Of a stretch of 64,000 bases of DNA, positions 1 to 9,202 are shown piece after piece; position 1 is the first letter of the stretch, and each line of letters starts with the position of its first letter. A model generated the notes under the pieces. It had not been told where the DNA came from. It searched no databases and worked only from the letters and a program-made list of their open reading frames with translations. The DNA comes from an uncultured delta proteobacterium. GTDB taxonomy: Bacteria; Desulfobacterota; Syntrophorhabdia; Syntrophorhabdales; WCHB1-27. The stretch spans positions 160,001-224,000 of the forward strand of contig CAWEPK010000007.1 of NCBI GenBank assembly GCA_963810935.1. Reading direction: 5' to 3'. The translations under genes and the position numbers were made by a program.

Positions 1-2
1 AC

Positions 3-854
3 GGGTGGCAGTCACTCTACATGATAGGCGGCGCAGTGCCGGTCCTGATCGCTATCCTGACGGCAATTGCCCTGCCCGAGTCGGTTGAGTTCATGGTGAA
101 ACAGGGAAGGCCGAAAGACAAGACGCGGATCCTTGACATCGTCCGCAAGATAACCCCGGCCCTGGCGGCAGACAAGGAGGTCGAGTTCATCTCTACGGAG
201 AGGAAGACGCCCGGCGTGCCCGTCAAGTACCTCTTCAAGAACGGGCGGGCAATGGTTACCATTTTTCTGTGGATCGCCATGATCGGCAGCCTCTATTCAA
301 TGTGGGTCCTTACCACCTGGGCGCCTGCTCTTATGAAAAAAAGCGGCGCATCCGTACAGCAGTACAGCATGGCCATCGCGGGCCTGCACTTCGGCGCTTT
401 CCTCGCCACGATCTTCATAGGCCGCGTGATGGACAAGCTCAATCCATTCTATGCGCTGGCGGTCGGCTTCACGCTGTCCTGCTTTAGCCTCGCGGCCTTC
501 GGCCAGGTGGCGGGCGCCTCGTTCGGCATCGTCTTCATGATGGCCTTCCTGTCCGGCGTCTTGAATAACGGCAGCAACAACGGGTTCGTCGCTGTGCCGG
601 GCATATTCTATCCCGTCTCGATCAGGGGTACCGGCATCGGCTGGGCCTACGCCGTCGGCAAGGTGGGCGCCATGCTCGCCCCGTTGGTCGGCGGTCTCCT
701 CCTGGGCATGAACTGGAGCATCGCGAAGATATGCGGTGTCCAGGCCCTGGTGCCGCTGCTGGTTGCAATGCTGATGCTGGTCCTGCACGGGTTCGTCAAG
801 ACTGCGCACAGTGTGGAGGAAGCCGAGAATAAGGCAGAGGTAACTGCAGCATAA
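3..854 (+). CDS. MFS transporter, aromatic acid:H+ symporter-like (5' truncated by window edge)
   Basis: Multiple TM helices; LPES motif, GRVMDK loop, C-terminal YPVSIRGTGIGWAYAVGKVG typical of AAHS/PcaK-like MFS. Confidence 0.85.
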   Translation, partial: GWQSLYMIGGAVPVLIAILTAIALPESVEFMVKQGRPKDKTRILDIVRKITPALAADKEVEFISTERKTPGVPVKYLFKNGRAMVTIFLWIAMIGSLYSMWVLTTWAPALMKKSGASVQQYSMAIAGLHFGAFLATIFIGRVMDKLNPFYALAVGFTLSCFSLAAFGQVAGASFGIVFMMAFLSGVLNNGSNNGFVAVPGIFYPVSIRGTGIGWAYAVGKVGAMLAPLVGGLLLGMNWSIAKICGVQALVPLLVAMLMLVLHGFVKTAHSVEEAENKAEVTAA

Positions 855-873
855 AACAGCTAACGTCTTCACG

Positions 874-910
874 AAAAGGCCCGGACCCAAAAGGTCCGGG
901 CCTTTTCTTT
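874..910 (+). terminator. Intrinsic terminator, probably bidirectional
   Basis: AAAAGGCCCGGACC-CAAAA-GGTCCGGGCCTTTT followed by CTTT. Confidence 0.85.
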
Positions 911-1200
911 ATATAGCCGCGCGTAATCTTCAATGGCCATCCTCGCTTTGCGCCCGTGATTTACTTCCTGCAGTCCGCAACTCAGCACTTCTCGTTGGGC
1001 TGCTTCATTTCAACCGGCAATTGTTAGTGGGAGGCCGAATCCCTGTTTCTGAATAAAGTCATAATGCGAACGTTTGCTTTGTAGAATTCGCTTGACACCT
1101 GCCGGTTTTTACGCAAAAATCATGAAAAATAAAATCTTCCCCGGTATCTTAAGTCTCCTTGGGGTAAGCAGCGCAGCCGTGCCGGGGATGGGGGAATTAA

Positions 1201-1743
1201 ATGAGCAAACGGGATATATGGTACAGGCCGATCAGTATGCTGCTTGTCGCTGTTGCCGTTTTACCCGGCCTCATAACCTTTGTCGAATGGGGCACCCAAT
1301 CCACGGCTTATGCCGAGCGGGTCGTGACGGCGCCCGAGCTTTCGGCTGATAAAGGCGGCGCCCTGCAGAAAGAGGCGGTGAGCCTCTCAAGCTCTCAGAT
1401 TGAGGCGTGGCGCGCCCTGGCGGTAAAGCCCGCCCTTCCCGAAGAAGTCCAGCGATATTGGGTGGCGGCCGAGGATGCTCTCGAGAATAAGGCTTTTCAG
1501 AAGGCGGCCGGCTATTACGGAAAAGGCCTGGAGATCGAGCCTCTCTGGCCCCAGGGACAGTACATGGCCGCCATAATCGAGGGTGAATTGCATCAGTACG
1601 TGAGGGCTGCCGTCCATATGAAGAATTACCTCGCGCTTGTCCCGGACGTCAAGAACGCCAAAGCTCTACGGGATAAGATGTACCTGTGGGAAGTAAAGGC
1701 GGGAGAGGCTCCGTCGCGGCCGGCGACATCATTAAGGAAGTAA
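1201..1743 (+). CDS. Exported helical (TPR-like) hypothetical protein, copy 1
   Basis: N-terminal hydrophobic segment; AAGYYGKGLEIEP..A..HMKNYLALVP TPR-like pattern; purine-rich RBS. Confidence 0.7.
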   Translation: MSKRDIWYRPISMLLVAVAVLPGLITFVEWGTQSTAYAERVVTAPELSADKGGALQKEAVSLSSSQIEAWRALAVKPALPEEVQRYWVAAEDALENKAFQKAAGYYGKGLEIEPLWPQGQYMAAIIEGELHQYVRAAVHMKNYLALVPDVKNAKALRDKMYLWEVKAGEAPSRPATSLRK

Positions 1744-2329
1744 GTCGCCAGCCTATCGGGAACCTTTTGCAGCGGGGCGCACCATACCACGGATAGGTGA
1801 GCGATGGGAGGGCCCAGATGAATAAACAATTACTTGTCCTGGCGGCAGCGTTTGTCCTTGTGTGTGCCGTCGCTCCGGCCGTGCGTTCGATGGCGGCGGC
1901 TCCTGGCCCGCCGACGGTAACGGTGACGGCGCCCGAGCTTTCGGCTGATAAAGGCGGTGCCCTGCAGAAAGAGGCGGTGAGCCTCTCAAGCTCTCAGATT
2001 GAGGCGTGGCGCGCCCTGGCGGTAAAGCCCGCCCTTCCCGAAGAAGTCCAGCGATATTGGGTGGCGGCCGAGGATGCTCTCGAGAATAAGGCTTTTCAGA
2101 AGGCGGCCGGCTATTACGGAAAAGGCCTGGAGATCGAGCCTCTCTGGCCCCAGGGACAGTACATGGCCGCCATAATCGAGGGTGAATTGCATCAGTACGT
2201 GAGGGCTGCCGTCCATATGAAGAATTACCTCGCGCTTGTCCCGGACGTCAAGAACGCCAAAGCTCTACGGGATAAGATGTACCTGTGGGAAGTAAAGGCG
2301 GGAGAGGCTCCGTCGCGGCCGGCGACATC
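1324..2329 (+). repeat. ~407 bp direct repeat (1324-1730 / 1923-2329)
   Basis: Direct comparison: offset 599 nt; only one synonymous difference seen (GGC/GGT). Confidence 0.9.
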
Positions 2330-2342
2330 TGGGGTCCCTTGA
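1818..2342 (+). CDS. Exported helical (TPR-like) hypothetical protein, copy 2
   Basis: GGAGG RBS then ATG 1818; signal peptide MNKQLLVLAAAF; body identical in protein sequence to copy 1. Confidence 0.7.
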   Translation: MNKQLLVLAAAFVLVCAVAPAVRSMAAAPGPPTVTVTAPELSADKGGALQKEAVSLSSSQIEAWRALAVKPALPEEVQRYWVAAEDALENKAFQKAAGYYGKGLEIEPLWPQGQYMAAIIEGELHQYVRAAVHMKNYLALVPDVKNAKALRDKMYLWEVKAGEAPSRPATSGVP

Positions 2343-2465
2343 ACTGAGACATTTATCTCGCGGCCGCGCTAAAATCCGGAAAAGGCAAAGGGTGTTGTCA
2401 AAGCCGCAAGTAAAACCGGCAGGGAAACCGACAAGGAAGAATAGACTATTGGAAGGAGCACGCCG

Positions 2466-3935
2466 ATGAGGAATCATCTTCTGATTCTGGCTGTTGCGTT
2501 CATTATATGCGGCCTCAATGTGTTTTTTGTTTCCCCGGTCCAGGCGCAGGGAGGGTGTGCAGCCGCACCATGCGACTGCACGAGTGTCGGGGGCAGCTTC
2601 CACTCTCCTGAAGCTAAGTGGTGTAATTACCAGCTCTGCTATAACCAATGCATGAGTGAGAGGCGTGGGGGCGGTACCGGGGCCGGCGCAGCCGGCGGGC
2701 TCTCCCAGCCCTTCTTCAACCTTGGAAACGCCATCGGACAGGCGATCGGCAGGGCGATAGTTGGCGACCCGGCAGAGGAGGCCGCCAGGCGGGCAGAGGC
2801 GGAGGCGAGGGCGAGGCAGGCCGAAGAAGCGCGCCAGAGGGCGGAGGAGGAGGCCCGCAGACGAGCGGAGGAGGAGGCCCGCAAGAGACAGGAGACGTTC
2901 GACCGCATACTCGCACAGGCCCAGCTTTCCGAGGGGTTTGCCTCAAGGGAGGACGCTCTCCCGGTAATGCTCAAGGACGACGGCCTTCGGCCGCAGGGTG
3001 CGTCCTTTTTCGGCCTCGGCGGAGGCGCGGGCGGCTCGACCGCCGGTGCGGCCGGTAATGACAACGCCAGAAGATCCCAGGGCTATTCTGCGACTGCGGC
3101 AGCCCCCGCGTCGGTCGGCGGCCTGCCCGTTATGCTCCGCGACTCCAACGTCGTCGACCTGAGCGACAAGAAACCTCCTTATGTGGTCGACCCCAATACC
3201 GTGAAGGGGGGTGCAGGGCCACCCCCGGTGCAGACCGCCTCGGCCAAGCCTGCCGCCCCGGCAGCACCCGCGCCCTCATCGGGAGACGAGTTTCTCTTCG
3301 GCGTCAAGGGTACCTTCCCGAAGCACCCCGGCCAGCCGCTCTTAAATCCCCTGATCGAGCTTCCTAAAGGGGAGAGCCTGCCGACAAAAGGCGAGACGGG
3401 TGATGCCTTTTTCGCCCGCCTCAACCAAACAAAGCTCGGCCGGCAGATAGCCGAGGAGGAGTATCAGGAAGTGCTTTTCCATCTCGATACCGATAAGCCC
3501 TACCCGAGAGGGCAGAGCCCCGTGGTCGACAGGATTATAGATCAAAGCATCAAAAAGATCGTGGACAGGGAAACGAAGGCCATCCGTGAGGCATGCAGAA
3601 AAGCGGCTGCCGACATGAACGCCCAATTCGCGGAGATGGAAAAGAAAGGGATCATCAAGCCCGGCGACAACCTGGCTGAAAAAGAGAAGACGGACGTAGT
3701 CTATGATAACGAGCTCATGACCGCCCGCCACAGGATTTACGGACAGCTTGAAAACGACATACGCTCGGCAAAGGTCAGGTCTGAGAACAATCTATGGGTA
3801 GTCAAACGGTTCGCCGATCACGTGCAGGACCCCCCGTTCATGGGCGGGCCTACTGCAACGGCATTGAAGGACCCGAAGCAGATGAAGGACCTGCTCGGTA
3901 AATATATGACGTATTATTCCGGTGATCTAAAATAG
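2466..3935 (+). CDS. Exported hypothetical protein (Cys-rich N-terminus, E/R/A coiled coil, Gly/Ala/Pro linkers)
   Basis: AAGGAG RBS, signal peptide ending VQA, 489 aa ORF. Confidence 0.7.
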   Translation: MRNHLLILAVAFIICGLNVFFVSPVQAQGGCAAAPCDCTSVGGSFHSPEAKWCNYQLCYNQCMSERRGGGTGAGAAGGLSQPFFNLGNAIGQAIGRAIVGDPAEEAARRAEAEARARQAEEARQRAEEEARRRAEEEARKRQETFDRILAQAQLSEGFASREDALPVMLKDDGLRPQGASFFGLGGGAGGSTAGAAGNDNARRSQGYSATAAAPASVGGLPVMLRDSNVVDLSDKKPPYVVDPNTVKGGAGPPPVQTASAKPAAPAAPAPSSGDEFLFGVKGTFPKHPGQPLLNPLIELPKGESLPTKGETGDAFFARLNQTKLGRQIAEEEYQEVLFHLDTDKPYPRGQSPVVDRIIDQSIKKIVDRETKAIREACRKAAADMNAQFAEMEKKGIIKPGDNLAEKEKTDVVYDNELMTARHRIYGQLENDIRSAKVRSENNLWVVKRFADHVQDPPFMGGPTATALKDPKQMKDLLGKYMTYYSGDLK

Positions 3936-4301
3936 GCCGGGCAGCGTGAGCGGTTTGCACCCTTCGCCTATTGCACTGAGGCGTTTCTTTCTTCCGGTTA
4001 TCTTCATGATGGGGTTAGGGTGCCGTTTCTATCCCTCGTAGGTACCGGCTTTGGCTGACAGGCTTGAGCCGGAGTTCGACGTTTCGACCACTGCACCGCC
4101 TCGATCGGCACGTTGTTTTTCTCTCCAACCCCGGTTGTGTCTTATGGCGTATTTACAAAATGAAGCCGGCCGGGGCCATTCTTATACTACTCTTGATGAT
4201 TATGCCTCAATCGTATATTGCCCGCCCCTTGCACCGCAAAAGCGATTGGCTTAGGTTTTCGCTATAGCCCGGCCTGTTCTGTCGGGCCGCGCGCGAGGCC
4301 G

Positions 4302-4697
4302 ATGATGTCTACGTCGATCAGGGTCTATAAAATAAAAGAATTCATCCGGGTCGATAAGCAGGGCGTCCTCGACGCGGAGCGCTCAAAAGAATTGATTCGC
4401 CGGCTCTCCGCCACCGCCTCGTTCAGTCCGGCTGAAAACATCCTGGTCGACCTGAGGCAGACGGTGGTCGCGGGCACGGACATGGCCGGCCTGCTCGACG
4501 TTGCCGCGGAGGTCGCCCGGTACGAATCGAGCTTTCGCGGCAGGGTCGCCGTTATCATACCGCCCGATGAAGCCAGGGTCGCACTGGCGCAGACATTCAA
4601 GGCGCTGGTAGATATCGAGGTCGGGCCGTCGCGCTACGAGGTATTCACACGTTTTGAAGACGCCGTCGATTGGCTTTCCGAAATAGAGGATATTTGA
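4302..4697 (+). CDS. Hypothetical protein, SpoIIAA/STAS-like
   Basis: ILVDLR..RVAVI..VF..FEDAVDWL pattern; start at ATG 4302 or 4305 uncertain. Confidence 0.55.
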   Translation: MMSTSIRVYKIKEFIRVDKQGVLDAERSKELIRRLSATASFSPAENILVDLRQTVVAGTDMAGLLDVAAEVARYESSFRGRVAVIIPPDEARVALAQTFKALVDIEVGPSRYEVFTRFEDAVDWLSEIEDI

Positions 4698-4757
4698 AGG
4701 CGCAGACAGGGTGAGCGGCCATGGCCCTCCGCGCGATACGGCCCTGACGCGGCCGGT

Positions 4758-5693
4758 TTAGCAGCCGCAGGACGCCAGGCGGTCCTTGAACTCGTCCTCG
4801 GTGAAGCTGTACTCCTGCGTGCCGTAGCATTCGACCGCGAAGGAGGCGCAGACGCTGCCCATCCGGGCGCACGCCTCGATATCCATCCCCGCGATGAGGC
4901 CCGCGATCAACCCGCCCCTGTATGAGTCTCCGGCGCCTGTCGGGTCGAGTACCTGCCTTGCCCGCACGACCGGTATGGACAGCTCGCCTCCGGGCGCCAG
5001 CACCTTCGAGCCGAGGTCGCCCATGGTGACGACCAGCGCGCCGGCGCGCCCGATGAGGTCGGCCTTCGACAGGCCCGTCTGCTTCATTATCAGGTCCAGC
5101 TCGTAGTCGTTCGATATGAGGACGCGGCAGCCGGTGATTGCGTTTACCAGGTCCGGCCCGGCGAGCATCGGCAGCGACTGGCCGGGGTCGAAGATATAGT
5201 CTATGCCCCTCTCCCTGCAAAGGCCCGGGTAACGGATCATGTCCACCAGGTTGCCGGGGGAGATGATGACTATCGTCCGCGCAGGCTCCAGTCTGTCGAA
5301 ATCGAGGTCGGACGTATACTTCATAGCGCCGGGGTGGAAGCCGGTTATCTGGTTGTCGGCCTTGTCCGTCGTGATGTAGGCAGCGGCGGTAAACTCTTCT
5401 TCAATCACCTTTATGTGCGCCGTCGATATGCCGTTTTTTTCGAGCCACTGGAAGTAGCGGTGATGGTCGAAGCCGCCGACGGCCGCGGAGACGAGCGGCG
5501 TCTCGCCCATGAGCTTCAGGGAATAGGCTATGTTGCCCCCCGTGCCGCCGAATTTCTCCTTGACCCCGTCTACCTGAAAGCAGACGTTCAGGACGTGGAT
5601 CTTTTCGGGAAGGATGTGGTCGGAAAAGTATCCGGGGAAGTCCATGATCCTGTCGTAGGCCAGGGAGCCGGACACGACGATATTTTTTCTCAC
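4758..5693 (-). CDS. PfkB-family carbohydrate/nucleoside (adenosine) kinase
   Basis: SGSLAYDRIM, FGGTGGNIAY, FDPGQ and DPTGAGD motifs; GTG start overlaps the upstream TAG. Confidence 0.9.
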   Translation of the reverse strand: MRKNIVVSGSLAYDRIMDFPGYFSDHILPEKIHVLNVCFQVDGVKEKFGGTGGNIAYSLKLMGETPLVSAAVGGFDHHRYFQWLEKNGISTAHIKVIEEEFTAAAYITTDKADNQITGFHPGAMKYTSDLDFDRLEPARTIVIISPGNLVDMIRYPGLCRERGIDYIFDPGQSLPMLAGPDLVNAITGCRVLISNDYELDLIMKQTGLSKADLIGRAGALVVTMGDLGSKVLAPGGELSIPVVRARQVLDPTGAGDSYRGGLIAGLIAGMDIEACARMGSVCASFAVECYGTQEYSFTEDEFKDRLASCGC

Positions 5694-6046
5694 TATAGCT
5701 CCATCAGTGCGTCGAAATCGCCTGCGGCCAGGCAGCGGAGCCACTCCTCCGGCCCGGCCTCCGTCGAAGGGAAGGGGGAGAGGACGGAATCATGGAAGGC
5801 GCGCCGGGCCCTCAGGGTGCAGACAGGCCAGCCGGGTACGCCGGGCGCAATGTGGCCGTTCTCGTTGACGCGGTATACCTCGAACTCCGTGACGCTGCAC
5901 GAGACCCTGTAGCTGACGCCTGCGCGGCTGACCTTGAGCGAGCGGTTGAGCCAGCCCCTGGACTCGAAAAGGGTGACGAGGCCGGTGAAGGTAGCATAGG
6001 TAGTTTTGCGTGCGCGGCCGGAACGTTTTGGCTTGGTTGTTGCCAT
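5693..6046 (-). CDS. Hypothetical protein translationally coupled to the kinase
   Basis: ATG 6046; TAG overlaps the kinase GTG (TAGTG). Confidence 0.55.
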   Translation of the reverse strand: MATTKPKRSGRARKTTYATFTGLVTLFESRGWLNRSLKVSRAGVSYRVSCSVTEFEVYRVNENGHIAPGVPGWPVCTLRARRAFHDSVLSPFPSTEAGPEEWLRCLAAGDFDALMEL

Positions 6047-6125
6047 TGTAAAACCTATACCCGTTACATCGGTAAAAATAGATGTAACGGGCGCAAAAGT
6101 CAAGCAATATTTAAAAGCAAAAAGG

Positions 6126-6154
6126 TTGACATGATAAGGCTATTTTGGTAACGT
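6126..6154 (+). promoter_or_regulatory. Sigma70 promoter for tRNA-Gln
   Basis: TTGACA-N17-TAACGT, 27 nt before the tRNA. Confidence 0.6.
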
Positions 6155-6181
6155 TTACATATAGACGCCCGGGTAAATTAC

Positions 6182-6255
6182 TGGGGGATCGTTCAATGGC
6201 AGGACAATGGACTCTGACTCCATGAATGGGGGTTCGACCCCCTCTCCCCCAGCCA
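6182..6255 (+). tRNA. tRNA-Gln (anticodon CTG)
   Basis: Acceptor TGGGGGA/TCCCCCA, anticodon arm ATGGA-CTCTGAC-TCCAT, TTCGA T-loop, encoded CCA. Confidence 0.95.
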
Positions 6256-6266
6256 GATAAGACAGC

Positions 6267-6300
6267 AGGGGCCGCGAGCAAATCGCGGCCCCTTTTCATT
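6267..6300 (+). terminator. Intrinsic terminator after tRNA
   Basis: GGGGCCGCGA-GCAAA-TCGCGGCCCC-TTTTCATT. Confidence 0.85.
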
Positions 6301-6543
6301 TCACTTTACCCCCCCATTGTGAAGTAAATGTGAAGCACGGGCCCTGCCCGAGGGCTTCGCTCAACACGTCCACGGATTTCGGTAAGCAAACGAAGTCGCG
6401 GAACGAGCTTTTTATCGGACGCTCAAGAGTTCGGGGCGATCGGGTTTGGCTGGGATACGCAATTCCATTTCACCTGAGTATCAGGAGAGTTACAAAAATT
6501 TACTTGACAAAGGTATACGGGTTATAGATATGATTGAAAACAA

Positions 6544-6559
6544 ATATGTGATCACATAT
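6544..6559. promoter_or_regulatory. Perfect 16-bp palindrome, probable GntR operator
   Basis: ATATGTGATCACATAT immediately before ATG 6560; fits the GntR GT-Nx-AC pattern. Confidence 0.6.
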
Positions 6560-7288
6560 ATGCACATTGATAAGATAACAACAAAAACGCTCCGCCAGCA
6601 AATTTACGATCAACTCCGCAAGAAGATCATTGCAGCCGAAATCCTTCCAGGACAGGTTGTGACGATCCAGGGGCTCGCCAAACAATTCGAGGTGAGCGTC
6701 ATGCCGGTGAGAGAGGCCCTATGGCAGCTTGAATCGGAAGGGGTGGTCGTCATCGAAAGCAATAAATCGATCCACGTAAATGCCCTGAGACGAAACGAGA
6801 TGGAGGAAATCCTCGACCTCCGGCTGATCCTCGAAGCGATTGCGGCCGAAAGGGCTTGCAGCCGCATAACGGAGCAGGGACTGCGGAAAATGGCAAGTCT
6901 CCTCAACGAGATGAAGAAGGCTTCAGGGAAACCCGACAAATTCCTGCTTCTTAACAGCGGGTTTCATTTTACCCTGTATTCATACGCAGGCTCGCCCTCA
7001 CTGCTCAGGATAATCGATTCGCTGTGGGCGCGGGTCGGCCCATACATGACGATGGGATTGGAAAAGGTGGACCACAAGGAGATCGCCGTCAGGACACATG
7101 AAGCCATGTGCAGGGCGCTTTTGGAGAAGGACCCGGAAGGACTCAAGGCGTGGCTGCTGGAAGACCTCAAGCAGGCAGCGAGGATCATCACCCCCCTTCT
7201 GGAAGATCCGGAGGACACAGGAAAAGGGAAGGCCGTCAGGAAGGGCCACGCCCAGGGGACTGTCGCCAGGGCACGGACGTTCCGATGA
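6560..7288 (+). CDS. GntR family (FadR/FCD) transcriptional regulator
   Basis: wHTH LAKQFEVSVMPVREAL; FCD N.GFH..L; start could be 6530. Confidence 0.9.
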   Translation: MHIDKITTKTLRQQIYDQLRKKIIAAEILPGQVVTIQGLAKQFEVSVMPVREALWQLESEGVVVIESNKSIHVNALRRNEMEEILDLRLILEAIAAERACSRITEQGLRKMASLLNEMKKASGKPDKFLLLNSGFHFTLYSYAGSPSLLRIIDSLWARVGPYMTMGLEKVDHKEIAVRTHEAMCRALLEKDPEGLKAWLLEDLKQAARIITPLLEDPEDTGKGKAVRKGHAQGTVARARTFR

Positions 7289-7330
7289 CGCGGCTCGGCC
7301 TCCGGCGATAAACACTGGCAGGAATTTTCG

Positions 7331-8200
7331 ATGGAATGGGTCACTACCGCTATAATCTACACCCTGCACGGCCTTGTCTACGGCATGGTCCTCTTCCTGC
7401 TCGCCTCGGGTCTCACGTTGATTTTCGGCATGATGGGGGTCCTGAATTTCGCCCACGGGGCGCTCTACATGCTGGGCGCCTACGTATCGTTCTCGGTGCT
7501 GGTCTGGACGGGACAATTCTGGCTCAGCCTCATTATTGCCCCGGTAGTCGTGGGTCTCGTCGGCGTCTTCATGGAGCGTTTCTTCCTCAGAAGGGTGCAT
7601 GCCTTCGGACACGTTTCGGAGCTATTACTGACATTCGGCATCGCTTATGTCCTTGAGGATGTCGTCAAGCTGATATGGGGCACCGAACCCCTGAAAGTGG
7701 ACATACCGGCGATACTGTCGGGCTCGGTACCCATCATGGGCACGCCTTTCCCCGTATATCGCCTCTTCATCCTGCTCGTCGCTTTTCTGGTCTTCGTCTT
7801 TCTCTTCCTGATCCTCTACCGGACCAGGGCGGGCATCATAGTGCGGGCTGCAGTGGCGAACAAGGACATGGTGGATGCCCTCGGTTTCAATGTGCCCATG
7901 GTATTCCTGCTTCTTTTCGGGGTGGGCGCCTGGCTCGCGGGGTTGGCGGGCGTAGTGGGCGGCCCCTATCTGATTACCCATCCGGCGATGGGCAGCGCCA
8001 TACTCCTGGACCTGTTCGTGGTTGTCGTCGTCGGCGGCATGGGGTCGATCCAGGGCGCACTCCTCGCGGCCTTCCTGATCGGCCAGCTCCAGTCTTTCGG
8101 CATTCTTTTCCTGCCCCAGGCAGCCCTTATCTTTGAGTTCCTGTTGATGGCGGTTGTCCTGATCCTCAAGCCTGAGGGCCTCCTGGGAGAGAAGTTATGA
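7331..8200 (+). CDS. livH: Branched-chain amino acid-type ABC transporter permease (LivH-like)
   Basis: GLTLIFGMMGVLNFAHG, VVVVGGMGS, KPEGLLG. Confidence 0.9.
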   Translation: MEWVTTAIIYTLHGLVYGMVLFLLASGLTLIFGMMGVLNFAHGALYMLGAYVSFSVLVWTGQFWLSLIIAPVVVGLVGVFMERFFLRRVHAFGHVSELLLTFGIAYVLEDVVKLIWGTEPLKVDIPAILSGSVPIMGTPFPVYRLFILLVAFLVFVFLFLILYRTRAGIIVRAAVANKDMVDALGFNVPMVFLLLFGVGAWLAGLAGVVGGPYLITHPAMGSAILLDLFVVVVVGGMGSIQGALLAAFLIGQLQSFGILFLPQAALIFEFLLMAVVLILKPEGLLGEKL

Positions 8201-9198
8201 GCAGAAGCAGGATTCTGACGATATGCGCGCTGGCCTGTCTCGCCGTGGTGCTGATCCTTTTGCCGAAGCTGCTCTCGGAGTACCTCCTCAGCCTCGTCAT
8301 TACTATGATTATCTACTCGCTGTTTGCCGTCAGCTTCAACATCCTCTTCGGCTACGCGGGCCTTCTCACGTTCGGCCATGCCGCTTATTTTGGGATGGGG
8401 GCTTACGTTGCGATCATCGCCTACAAGTTCTTCGAGGCGCCGCTGCTTGCCGGTATCCTCGGCGGGGCCGTCTTCGGCTGTCTCCTGGGCGCCTGTTTCG
8501 GCATATTCCTTTCCCGGTTCCGGGGCATGACCTTCGCGCTGCTTACGGTTGCTTTCAACCAATTCATTTTTACGGCCGCCGACAAATGGCGCGCGGTCAC
8601 GAACGGGGATGACGGCATGTCAGGCACCCGTCCCGACCTTCATATACCCGGCCTAGGTACCATCGATATGCTCTCCCAAACCAACTGGTACTACTTCGTC
8701 CTGGTAATTGCCGCCCTCTGTATGGGCTACTGCTATTTCTTCACGAAGACGCCGCTGGGCAAGCTCAATGTCTGCATCAGGGAGAACGAAGAAAGGGCCG
8801 GATTCATCGGATACAATACGTTCGCGACGAAGTTCTGGATATACGTGATATCGACTTTCTTCGCCGGCCTTGCGGGGGCGCTCGCTTCCTCGTATCAGGA
8901 GTTCGTGGCGACCACCTACATCCATCCCGATAAGGGCTCCGACCCGCTCATGATGACATTCGTCGGGGGCAGCAGCGCCTTCTGGGGGCCTATAGTCGGG
9001 GCGTGCTTTCTCACGTACCTGAACGATGCCTTGAGCACTATGACGAAGCACTGGCGCATAGTCCAGGGTATCCTCTTCATCGTGCTCGTCCTGTACGCGC
9101 CCCAGGGGATAATCGGCCTGCTCGGCCGGGCGAAAGGATGGCTCAAGGAACGCTTCCGCGCCAAGGAACAGGCGCATCTGGACGTCGAAAGAGGTTGA
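8197..9198 (+). CDS. livM: Branched-chain amino acid-type ABC transporter permease (LivM-like)
   Basis: GYAGLLTFGHAAYFGMGAY, IRENEERA. Confidence 0.9.
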   Translation: MSRSRILTICALACLAVVLILLPKLLSEYLLSLVITMIIYSLFAVSFNILFGYAGLLTFGHAAYFGMGAYVAIIAYKFFEAPLLAGILGGAVFGCLLGACFGIFLSRFRGMTFALLTVAFNQFIFTAADKWRAVTNGDDGMSGTRPDLHIPGLGTIDMLSQTNWYYFVLVIAALCMGYCYFFTKTPLGKLNVCIRENEERAGFIGYNTFATKFWIYVISTFFAGLAGALASSYQEFVATTYIHPDKGSDPLMMTFVGGSSAFWGPIVGACFLTYLNDALSTMTKHWRIVQGILFIVLVLYAPQGIIGLLGRAKGWLKERFRAKEQAHLDVERG

Positions 9199-9202
9199 GC
9201 CG

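Noticed and set aside
6182..6255. tRNA-Gln as integration site of a genomic island
   Set aside because: No integrase and no duplicated tRNA 3' end seen in the window.
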